From Monocercomonoides exilis PA203 (Eukaryota > Protista > Preaxostyla), in assembly GCA_001643675.2 (NCBI GenBank), contig LSRY02000013.1:1364001-1428000 (forward strand): DNA of 64,000 bases, read 5' to 3'. Position 1 is the first letter of the stretch; the number at the start of each line of letters is the position of its first letter. The position numbers and the translations under genes are program-made. Shown piece after piece: positions 10,985 through 22,005 of this stretch. Under the pieces are notes generated by a model, which was not told the origin of the DNA, ran no database searches, and saw only the letters and a program-made list of their open reading frames with translations.

Positions 10985-11057
10985 GGCCTGATGGCTCAGT
11001 CGGCAGAGCGTGTGGCTGTTAACCACAAGGTCGGCGGTTCGAGCCCGCCTCGGGCCG
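10985..11057 (+). tRNA. trnN-GTT: tRNA-Asn (anticodon GTT)
   Basis: Full cloverleaf: acceptor GGCCTGA/TCGGGCC, D arm GCTC/GAGC, anticodon stem TGTGG/CCACA with CT-GTT-AA loop (GTT 11018-11020), T arm GGCGG-TTCGAGC-CCGCC. Confidence 0.97.
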
Positions 11058-11061
11058 AAAA

Positions 11062-11066
11062 TTTTT
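11062..11066 (+). terminator. Pol III oligo-T terminator
   Basis: T5 run a few bases after the tRNA discriminator base. Confidence 0.6.
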
Positions 11067-11307
11067 ATTTTGTAAATAAAAAACTTAACTTTTTCAAACA
11101 ATTCAAAATAAGATTATCAAAAAAATCAACTAATTTCAAATAATTAATATTATTTGAAATTACTTTAAAAACATGCACTTGTTACAGTTGAAGTTGTAAT
11201 TTTTCGTTTTTTATTTCAACAATGTTGGGATAAACAATGAGTTATTTCATTATCTTTCTTCTTTCTTGTTCAATGAATGTCTGCCCGTTCATTCCATTCA
11301 GTCCATC

Positions 11308-13289
11308 CTATTTAGCATCCGACAAAGCAGGAAAAGACAAAGCCTCTGCATGTGCATCGAAGCATGCATCAGCAGCACCACTTTGCGCTGCCTCCCCCAA
11401 AGACACCCCATTCGCCGCACTCCTTTTCCCCATCCGCCTCAAACTCCCAACTGCCCCAAACGCTTCTGCCTGCCCCTGCCGCTCTGCAATCGACTCGTCG
11501 TATGCTGACGCTGCAAGGTCCCTCCACCTTATCGCCTGCACCTGCGACTCCGCAAGCTGCCGCCTCCACTTCCCTTGCTCCTTCATCCACCGTATCTGCT
11601 CTTCCGCCTCAAGTATCAAGCTCTCCTGCAGTGCAATCACCCGATCCTGCTCCATAACCCTTGCTTCAAGCTCTCTTTCTCTCCTTCGCTTTCCCTCTTC
11701 CTCCTGTTCTTCTTCCTTCTCTGCTTTCCCACGCCCATCTATTAGCCACTCTGCCTCTGCCATACCGCAACATTCGCTGTGTGGATGCAGCCAATTTTGC
11801 ATCGTCTCTTCTTCAAACTGCATCCTGCAATCATCACCTTGCACAATTTTCTTTGCTGCCACGTCTTTCGCCATCAATGTGCTTCCAGACATCATCCCCT
11901 TTGCTGCTCCGCCTCGTTGCTTTTCTCCCATATCTGCCCGCTCATCTTGAGTGTTTTGCTGTTGCTCTGCAGAAAAAGAGTGTGAAGGCAATGGCAACGA
12001 AGCTGTTAAGTCGCTTTTGCCCAATCTGTCTGTTGCAAAAAGGATTGCATCGCTGTTTGTCACGTGAGAAGCAGTCGGCTCAGAAGCCTCTTTTGAGTGT
12101 GAATTCGCAGAAGGGAAGGATGGGAAGGATGACACAAACGAAGCCAATGGCTCTTTGAAGTAGCTCTTCTGCCGAGGCTGTGCTGCCGAGCCTGATGACC
12201 CACAATGCAACGTGGATGTCATCCCACTTTGTGTTCCTTGCTTCTCTCCTGATGTCTGTCTGCCTCTCTCTTCTCTCTCCATTCTGCTGCCCGCAACACC
12301 CTCTCCTTGCTTCCGCTTTCCCGCGCTGCCTCCTTGCCCACCGGCCACACTGACTGAACATTGCTTCGTTTGAAAAAACCCTCCCTTTAATGAAAGTGTC
12401 GAAGATCCACAAGCTTTTCTCGCATTCTGAGAACTGTCACACGAAGACCCCACGCTCAGCAAGCAGCCTCCCATCAAATCAGGATTGTGAAAATCCTTTA
12501 TGCCTTTGGCTGCCTTTGCATCAGACAAAGGAGCCCATGTGCACTCCATCGCTTTTTCTTCTGATGATTTCAGAGTGGCACGGCTCTCCGCCTCGCAAAG
12601 CGGCAACTTCAACCTTTCAGCTGATTCAAAATTCTTGTTTGTCGGAATCTCTTTGATGACCGAAATCTGAAGCCTAACTCCTCCAAAACTGAATGCACTG
12701 CAAACAGAAAAAACATCTGGAGCATCAGAAAAAGAAGAAGAAAATGAAAAACACAAATTTCTAGCTGAATAGCCAAACGCCGAAAGGCACAAACTGTACA
12801 TCCAATGCTCGTCTGCTGGAACAGCATGCTTTGATGAAGTAAAAAGGTTCTGCGCAAACAAACAATCCAAAAGAAAGAAGAAGAAAAAGAAAAAAAGTAA
12901 TTAAACAACAAAAAACCAATAACTTGACAAGGAAAATACCACTGCATCGCACCCAAGGATGTTTCGATCCAAACAGAAATACAGCAGTTTTTGTGTTGCA
13001 TTCAAAAAGTGCGCTGGGGAGCCATTTCTTCATCAAAACAAATAAGCAAACAAACAAAAATGCTCTGAAAATGGAACAAAATCCGACAGCATCAATACCC
13101 TGTTGATTCCCCGTCAAGCGCCATGGCAATGTGTGCGATCAAGATATTGCCCATTTGAACTCCAATCTCTTCAAGAAGATTTGCATTTTCAGGAAAAGCC
13201 CCGCAAAACACAATCTGCAGCATTTTAATTACCTCACCCATCAGACTATGCAAACAACATCCATCTTTCTGCTGTTCAATTGAGCTCAT
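11308..13289 (-). CDS. Multi-exon hypothetical protein; low-complexity middle and coiled-coil-like C-terminus; exon borders unresolved
   Basis: GC-richer ORF blocks 13092-13289, ~12925-13030 and 11308-12870 are separated by T-rich intron-like spacers. E/Q/R-rich C-terminus. Confidence 0.45.
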
Positions 13290-14329
13290 ATATGTTCATA
13301 AATCGCTCAAAAACACATAAATTTCTGAACACAAATTATTCTCTTTCTCTTGTTATGGGGACTATGATCATAAATTAGAAATGTTCAATTGCTTTTCCAA
13401 ATGCTATTATCGATTAACTATTCTATTCTCGAAATAAATACATTTTCAGCATGTTTTGCGAGAAATGTGACTTTCATCAAAAAATAATGATAAATATAAT
13501 ATTTATGTTGATATGAAAAATAGGAATAAGTTAATTCGTTCAATAAATTATTAACTGGATTTTCTATGGTGGAAAATGATTTTATTTTCAGTTTTTTTAT
13601 TCATATTCCTTTTTATCCAAAACAAATATCAAACTTAAGTTTTTTAAGAAATAAAAATTCGATATGGGTTTTTTTTTTTTTGAAAAGTCGCATGTGTTTA
13701 ATTTTCAGGTTCAATAAAAACGAACCTAATTAGATCATTTTATTTAATTAATCAATCAGATTTCTCCAACATGCACTTTTTCTCTCATCAAATATGTTTG
13801 TGAATTCTAATTGAATATGTAACAAAGTTTTCCGCATTTAAAGCAAAAAATGATCAAATAATGAACGATTATTCTAAACGCAAATATTAAACAAATGCGA
13901 CTTATCAAAAAGAATGATCCAATTGGAATATACTCTGTCTTTTCAAGAATAACTTATTTCATCGAAAATTTATTGTGGTATACAAAAAAATTCACTTGAA
14001 TCACATTCTCAAACAGCATTAATAAATTAATTATTTTAAAAATATATTTTTTTAAAAGTAATTTTAATTTTCAAAATTTTGTTCTAAATGCATACGATCA
14101 AAAAATTTTGAATTGTTTTTTAAAATGTATGATGATATAAAACATTCAACAATATTCAATTAATAAAAGCAATCAAAAATAAGGTTGCAACTTGCCACAA
14201 AATATTACTGATCATTTCACAATGTTTAATAATTCTTTTTTGTGACATTTTTCTATCTACTCTTCACATTTATAATCAAACAGGAAAAAAAAAACAAAAA
14301 CTTTATCCAATTGAATGAAGAAAAGTTAT

Positions 14330-14520
14330 TGAATGAACAACATTTCACTGAAAAGGTTTCCAATGCTGGATTGCACATGTCAATATCTCCTCCACTTGTC
14401 ACTTTATCAGTTGTTGATTATGATGTTGCAGTTGTTTTTGAGTAATTCCATTTGCACCAATAAAATGAATTCCCACCATCAACGCATTTATCTGTTGGAC
14501 ACAACGATCTCGTATCATCT
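14330..14520 (-). pseudogene. Fragment of beta-helix surface-protein family
   Basis: GGNSFYWCKWNYSKTT..*..TSGGDIDM..FSVKCCSF resembles the SFSLCEW..GGALYV..NSSF repeat of the 2595-aa protein. Contains a stop. Confidence 0.4.
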
Positions 14521-14779
14521 TTATCACTTTCAAGCTCATTTGCATTCCTCTTCTCTTCCTTCTTCTCCAACTTTTCCCTTCCTTCCCCTCCTTCTCCCCA
14601 AGCTAGCCACATACGCTGCATAGTTCAAAAGGATGCTCCGCGGCCCAAACACATCTTTCGTAGCTTACACAGTGCTGCTCGCAAATACACCTGTATTGCC
14701 CAATCTGCTCTTCCAGAGAATCGCACGAGAGATTGACACAGTCACAAGCGGTGGCGGCGAAAAGGAAGAAATAGATGAA

Positions 14780-14822
14780 GGAGAAGAAGAAGAAGAAGAA
14801 GAAGAAGAAGAAGAAGAAGAGG
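14780..14822. repeat. (GAA)n microsatellite
   Basis: Direct reading, about 13 units. Confidence 0.9.
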
Positions 14823-15060
14823 GAGAGGAACAAGACGATCTGTTTGAAGATAGAGGAATCTGCTGGATCTAAAAAGAGTCAGATATTCCATCTCTAGCTG
14901 CTGAAATAGAAGCATCTGTCTTGTCAAGAACAGCCAATGAGCAGTTCGTGCAATCAGAGCGAGGGTGAAGACAGCAGAAAGCTACACTCCACTGTTGTGG
15001 TCTTTCTGTTAACTCCAGAGAAATTCCACCGACACTCTTGATGATTGGTCCCTTTTTGGC

Positions 15061-15544
15061 ATAAGTGTATTTGAGGTACATTCCCAATACTTCGTTATTC
15101 TTTAAAATATTGTGATAAATAAAAAGTTTATATAATAATAAAACATTTGTATGGACTAGAATTTTGAAATTCTTTTTGATTCTTGAGAAAAATCTTTTTT
15201 TAAAAAATCACCCATAAATCTGAGTAATTTTCAAAAAAATAAATTAAATAAGATAATTTTGAAATATAAAGTGGATAAAAGGTTATTTATTATTATATTG
15301 TCCTAATTTAATAATATAATTTTGTGAAATAAAACATTTAAAAAAAAAAATAAATAAATAAATTTGATCTATCCCACAATTATATTTTCAATATCCAAAA
15401 AATTAGAATTTGCTTTCTTTTATCATGCGTTGAACCCTCGCTTTCGAACATAAAACATTTTGAAAGTATGGATATAATTTTAAAGGATGTAGCGAATGAT
15501 TATAATTATTTCATTCGATCTTTGTTGAATGAAGTTGTGATGAT
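15061..15544. repeat. Left arm of a near-identical inverted duplication
   Basis: 15117-15544 is the reverse complement of 18640-19067, and 15061-15120 of 19594-19653. Confidence 0.93.
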
Positions 15545-15989
15545 TAAATTAAGGATAAATATTTTAGATGAAGAAAATATCGTAATATGTTATGTATAAT
15601 ATTGATCTTTCTTAGTTATATTGCAATAAATATATTATTTCATTCTTTTCACTTAGTGAACTTTACGTTTTCGTTTTTTCTTTTCATATATTGTTTCATA
15701 ATTCGTTCGTTTCATTTTTCAAATACAACGAAAAATAATGTTAACACACTATTGGTGTTAAAAAACACGCAACGATTATTACTTGCTTATTTTTGAAGGT
15801 GTTATAAAATTTTAATTTATTGATTATTAAAATCAATCAGCAAAACTCTCATAAAAAATAACATGAAGAAGAAAAACAAATATTAGTTAAACAGTTTTGC
15901 AATTGATGAGAAAACTAAACTATTAATTGCTGTTTGCTATTGAATATAATAAAAGTTCTACAACAATTGAATTTCTTCAAACAAAGAAA

Positions 15990-18400
15990 GTGATTCATCC
16001 GTGACGTTTCCACACATCTTTTCCATCACCTCAATCAGCTTCTCTCCCTCAATCCCTTCCGTCAGCGGACGCACCCCATCCCTCATCATCTCCTGCGCTT
16101 CATCCGCATCACACCACTCAAGGGCACTTCCACTGTTGTCATTTCATGCAGAATCAGTCCAAGTGAAAAAACAACTGCCTTTTCAATTCCCTCTTCTTCA
16201 TCTCCCGCTTCAGGCGCCTTCCATCGCTTCATTTCCTCTTTCTGTTTTTCATCAGCCAGTTTTTCTGTCAATAGGTATATTTCATTTTCATTTCCTTCCT
16301 CAACAAAGATTGTATATGGACACAGCTGACTCCCCATCATTTCCACCCTTTCGTCTCCAACTGAAATCAAATGCTCAAACAGCTCTGCCACTGCCAAAAT
16401 CACTTCCTTCCCATCAACAACATCCATCGCTCTTGTTCCCAGTGTGAAATTACCTTGCACTGAATGAATCACCGAATGCAATGTTTTGATGTTCTTTTTC
16501 TCCTTTTCTCGAAATGGCTTCTTGGCTGATATCACATTGAGTGAATGTGATTGTGGCACTCCAGAAGCAGAAGCATTCTCAGAAAATGGCAATGGAGATT
16601 CCAAATCTGGAACATCATTTTCATTCAGAATTTCATCGTTGCTCATCGAAGGAGGATCTGGAAGATCTTCTTCATCGTTGTCAATCAGAAGTGGAATTTG
16701 GCTCGTCATCCCTTCCAGCAATGTGGATGGCATTTCACTCATCTCAAAGCTTCCTCCATTGTTTTCCTTTCTTCTCCTTTCAAGCTTCCCCATTATCTCC
16801 TCATTTTCCAATCTCTCTTTCTCAACTTTCTTTTCGGCTTCCCTCAGTTTCTTTCGCAAAAGCACAACAACTGCAACAAATATTAGCATGGATATCACAA
16901 ACAGCACACCCACCACAACAATAACGATCAAATTCCATGTTGATTTCTCTTCTTTTCCTCCTTCCACAATCCTTTCATCTCCATTCACATTGGACTTACT
17001 TCTGTTTTTCAGTTTCTGTGGAGGAGTTGATGCAAATTGTTTTCCAAACAGAATCATCACTGATACCTCTGTTTCATTTGCAATCGTTGAAATATTTTCT
17101 GATGGGATTGTTCCAATCACTTCATCTTCAGATACAAAACTGTTTTCATCAAACTGATATGTCTCAACCAACTCCACATCCCCTGTTTTGAATATCAATC
17201 TGAATGACAAATCACAAGGAAGAAGAAGTGTTCCCTTGAATTTTATTGAAACATTGTTTCCGTTTTCAATGAGAGATGCCTCTTCGAGCTTTGGGATGAA
17301 GAAAGGCGATAACCTTTCTCCTGCTATTCCACCAAGGGTGCATCCATCATTCAGAATCCAAAGAGATGAATTGGACATCAACCCATCTCCTCCTTTCAAA
17401 CTGGAAATGGTCAGTGAGGCAGAATCAGAGCAAATGATGTTTCGACGAAGAGAGGGATATTTCTGAACAAAAGGATTGTTGTTTTCAAATCTTCCATCAT
17501 TAACAGTCATTTCCCCTCCACTCATTGTTATTCCACCATCTGGCGAATTAGATATTGTGGTATCTTTCATCAAAATAGAACTCTTCACAATATCCACAAG
17601 AGATCCTGACCATCTGCACATCTCTTCTTCCACATTCGAATTCTTTTCATTTCTTTCCTTTGAACTCCCATCAAAAATGCAACTGTCCATTTTCACATCT
17701 GTGCAATCCTCTAATTTTATCAATTTCCCTTTTGCGATCTTTGAACTGACTCCGCACATTGTGCAATTTGTCAACTGTATCGTCTTTTTCGGAGACAGGC
17801 AAGATATCAATGATTCTTCATTTCCTTCAACTGTGATATTTTCTGTATTGAAATCCTTGATTGTCAATTGTCCACATTCATTGATATCTATCAGAGAAGT
17901 TTTAACTGTTGAATTGATAATCGTTAATGAATCAATAACTGATGGAAGTGGTGATGAAAAAGAAAATGCAGATAGACTCATGCTCATTTTCTTCAGATTC
18001 ACCTCTTCTTCTATCACGTTCTCATCTATTTCGAGTATTTGACTAATCAGCTCTGAAGTCAAGTGAATCAGCCCATGATCAATAGAATAACATGGAAAAT
18101 CGTTTGTTCCACACTGTTTTTCGTTTGATCCACTCACACTTCTCACAATGATTATGTCACTCTGATGAATGGTCACAAATCCAATAAGATCTGTGTTTAT
18201 TGGATGCTGGTATTCATCTCTCCCATTTATTGCATTAATTCGTGAATAACGATTCTCTCGAAGATCAAATTGGAATTGACTTTCATTGATTTGAGATGTG
18301 ATGTAATAACATTCAACGAAAATATCATTTCCACCTTTTGCTACGTTTGCTCTGAATTTTAAACCAACAGATGTAAATATGAATTTCCCTCTATCTATTG
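15990..18400 (-). pseudogene. 5'-truncated, frameshifted beta-helix/TM/kinase-like receptor paralog
   Basis: 696-aa ORF similar to the C-terminal part of 28622-36409. TM segment WNLIVIVVVGVLFVISMLIFVAVVVLL, RWKAPE and VFSLGLILHEMTT. No N-terminus, and a frameshift near 16110. Confidence 0.8.
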
Positions 18401-18639
18401 TTCAACATAAGTTGTTCTAACTTCAACGCTGATGCTGTCGTCATAATAAATGCCCCGCCATCAATATTTTTCTGATTATAGAAGAAAATGGAAGATATTC
18501 CATGTTAAAATTCAAAAACGAGAAAATGAATTGTTATTTATTGTATTGTTTCAAGTATATACATAACAAACGATTCTGTGTACAGGCTTAACCCACTGCA
18601 ACGTAAATAAATATATGTTGTACCAATAATATCATTTTC

Positions 18640-19653
18640 ATCATCACAACTTCATTCAACAAAGATCGAATGAAATAATTATAATCATTCGCTACATCCT
18701 TTAAAATTATATCCATACTTTCAAAATGTTTTATGTTCGAAAGCGAGGGTTCAACGCATGATAAAAGAAAGCAAATTCTAATTTTTTGGATATTGAAAAT
18801 ATAATTGTGGGATAGATCAAATTTATTTATTTATTTTTTTTTTTAAATGTTTTATTTCACAAAATTATATTATTAAATTAGGACAATATAATAATAAATA
18901 ACCTTTTATCCACTTTATATTTCAAAATTATCTTATTTAATTTATTTTTTTGAAAATTACTCAGATTTATGGGTGATTTTTTAAAAAAAGATTTTTCTCA
19001 AGAATCAAAAAGAATTTCAAAATTCTAGTCCATACAAATGTTTTATTATTAAATAAACTTTTTATTTGGGTGATTATTTTTGATATCATAACTTTTTTCG
19101 GGATGTTGATTTTTCAAAGATTGTTTTTCTTTGGGAAGAAATTTCCCATTCAAGTGCTTTAATAATCGCAACTGTCTCAAAAGCAAATGCATGATCTGAT
19201 GTACAAATAAAGAGGTCTTCAATATGCCTGTTCACTTTTCGGCGTTCATTTGGGGGAAAATACGGACTTTCAAGCTTTTTTTGCCCAAGGCATTGAAAAA
19301 TTGCTTCGCTCTTAACATTTCTAAACTTTCTCAGATTTCAAAATAAATTTGATTTTCATATCTGAAAACATGCATCGTCGAAATCAAAACATGAAGTTTC
19401 CCAAAATTTCACGAATGTCAATAAATGGACCCACTTTTATTGAGTTTTTTGATAAGAAAAAGTCAATGAACAGTGCATAATTTTTCAATGAAAATGCTTA
19501 ATAAAAAATATTTTGACCCATTTGTTGACAATTAGAAGAAATATTCGAACCAATAATTAAGAAAGGAAAATATGATTTCAAAAATAATCACACATTTATC
19601 ACAATGTTTTAAAGAATAACGAAGTATTGGGAATGTACCTCAAATACACTTAT
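18640..19653. repeat. Right arm of the inverted duplication, interrupted by a MITE
   Basis: Reverse-complement match to 15061-15544 once 19068-19597 is removed. Confidence 0.9.
19068..19593. mobile_element. 526-bp non-autonomous TIR element with a 4-bp ATTT TSD (Sola-like)
   Basis: TIR GGGTGATTATTTTTTGATATCATA / TATGATTTCAAAAATAATCACAC. ATTT at 19064-19067 and 19594-19597. The empty site is present in the left arm at ~15117-15120. Confidence 0.85.
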
Positions 19654-19654
19654 A

Positions 19655-20200
19655 CACCCTTTTTGATTTATTTCCGATCAATTCATTCCCTGTTGTCTTG
19701 CACGGAGCAGACTTACTCATTCCACACAAGTTGTTTGTGCCACTTCTCCTTATCCCAACATTCCAATCCTTCATCCCTTCCTTCAGCCATCCCTTCTTTT
19801 GAGTATGTTGATAACAATAATAATAATAGCACACTATTGTATCATTGCTATTTATTGCATATGATTCGTAGAACGGATTGTTCGATGAAAAGAGATTGTA
19901 ATTGTCTTTTATAAATATGTCATGGACATATAGAGTTAGAGTGGTATTGCATCTACAATCATGAAAGAAGAAAAAATAACAATAAGCGTTTTCACTTGGT
20001 GCTGTTTGTTGGTTTGGATTGAAACGCAATCCTCCGCCATATGGCACTGCCAAACACGAAATAAATTGAGTGCCTTTCATTTTGAATTCACTTGGAATAT
20101 TGGGACAACGCAGACCTCCACCATTATCATTCACAACAGAGCTCGAAGTGAAGAAACACTCAAACACTCGTGCTCTCCATTTTGCATTTTTCTGTTCCAA
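19655..20200 (-). pseudogene. Fragment of beta-helix surface-protein family
   Basis: NGGGL..FISC..YGGGL, CYFFFFHDC, NLCGMSKSAPCKT parallel LFYFCFFHNN..ACGLNEIHPCGT in the 2595-aa protein. Cut off by the duplication arm. Confidence 0.6.
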
Positions 20201-20635
20201 AGTTGATTTTCACATCAGAAATTTCACAAAGGAAGCGCCTTTTCGTTATCCACTTTGCATGTTTGTTTTCAACTCAATTCTGTGAATCGATTCTTTAAAT
20301 AATCCAAAGATTAAATGGACTTTTTTTCGTTTTAGAAATGCTTCTTTTTTCATTGAGAAAAACCCTTCAAATATCGCATATCATCTGCTTTCCACATTTT
20401 CATTAATAACATCTTTTTAATTCGTAATATTTCATGTCATTCAATTCAATCTTTAATTCTTTGGTGCAAATTTTCAGATTATCATTATTTAACTTGAGAC
20501 CATAACTGCAAAACAAAATTTCGCAGATTCGAACTTCGTTAAGAAAAAAAAGAGTATAAATTATAAAAATCGGTTGTTTCAGATCAAACTTCGCTAATAT
20601 TCACATTTTCCTGAACAACATTTTCCGCAGTTGAA

Positions 20636-21799
20636 ATGGAACAAGAACCTGTTAGACTTTCAAGCAGAGACGGCGAGGGAATGGATTTTGATCTTGCACA
20701 TAGACTTTCAAGAGTGGAAAATATGATAAAAGAAATTGCGAGAAGCCAAACATGGCCGAGCCGCTCGGGAGCTACGGGAATGTTGTCAATGAAAAAGGAA
20801 AAGAGAGAACGACAGAGGAAGATATCCCAGTCGAGATCGAGCGAGTCGGAGTCGGAATCAGATTTTGCAGATATGATCACGAAGAAGAAACACAGACAGC
20901 CATTGAGGGGCCGTCGCATGCTTAGTCAAATGAAGAAATTGAAAGACAAAAAGGAGAGCGACTGGGATTCGGAAGAGCAAGAAGTTCAGCAGGAGAAAGG
21001 AGGAAGTGAAGACTTTACCAGAATCTTTCCTAGGGAGTGGTTGACACCCCGAAGACAGGCGAGCGAGTTGAGGAAGTTCATTGAGTTTTGTAAGGCTGGA
21101 TCGTTAAGAATGAATGATGATATACTGAATACATTTATTCCAGATAACGAGAAGGAGTTTTTTTCAGGACACACAGACACAAGCTGGAAAACGCTAGCAA
21201 GGACAGCTATTACAACAAAAGGGAGAAGAGACTCACCAGAAGCGATCCGAGCAATCGAACTCCTCCAGCCTGCTCTAGAATCGGGCTTCGAAGCAGCGAA
21301 AGCGATCGCCGCACTCACGGTGAAGGAATTGGAGAAAGCGCACCTCATGGAAGAGGAGAAGGAACGACTGAGAGGATTGTTTTGCGCCTATGCGCTTATT
21401 GCCGACTGTATCAGCAGAATTAACCTACAAAAGGTTATACCCCAATCGGGTTGGGAAAACGCGAAAGGCTTTTTAGAAGGAGGAATGTCCAAGGAGGTGT
21501 CAGAGAACCTGAAGAAGCTGGTAGAGAGCACCAACTTTTTTCAAGCAGAGGGAGAAGCAACAGGATATGGTGCATCTACCGACTCCACAACAGGTTACTG
21601 GCCTGCAACGGCCAGAAGTGGACCCCCGAGAAGATTCAGTTCGGGAAGGAGCACACAGGGATTCGTATACAGACAGCTCCAGAGTAGGGGATACGGAAGG
21701 AGCTTCACAGATTTTAGGGGAAAGAAGATAACACCCCAGTTCCAAGCACAGTTCGTCCCAACCATTGCTGGGAGGCCAGTCCCTATCACTGGACCATAA
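20636..21799 (+). CDS. DIRS gag-like ORF1
   Basis: 387-aa ORF upstream of RT, with a helical core and an R/G-rich C-terminus containing a NFF motif. Positional inference. Confidence 0.65.
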   Translation: MEQEPVRLSSRDGEGMDFDLAHRLSRVENMIKEIARSQTWPSRSGATGMLSMKKEKRERQRKISQSRSSESESESDFADMITKKKHRQPLRGRRMLSQMKKLKDKKESDWDSEEQEVQQEKGGSEDFTRIFPREWLTPRRQASELRKFIEFCKAGSLRMNDDILNTFIPDNEKEFFSGHTDTSWKTLARTAITTKGRRDSPEAIRAIELLQPALESGFEAAKAIAALTVKELEKAHLMEEEKERLRGLFCAYALIADCISRINLQKVIPQSGWENAKGFLEGGMSKEVSENLKKLVESTNFFQAEGEATGYGASTDSTTGYWPATARSGPPRRFSSGRSTQGFVYRQLQSRGYGRSFTDFRGKKITPQFQAQFVPTIAGRPVPITGP

Positions 21800-22005
21800 C
21801 CTCCAGCTTCCCCAAGATCTCAAGGAGGGACAGCTGTGGAATCTACAATTGGAGCTAACAAATGGTCGCAGGAGTAGAGAGGCAAAGAGGAGAGAGAGTA
21901 GAGAGAGATAAGAGAGCCGCGCTTTGCCGCAAGACTGAGAGAAGAGTGAGAGAGTCAAATTCCAGCGAAATGACTACACGGTAAGAAATCGCAGCTCATT
22001 GCGAG

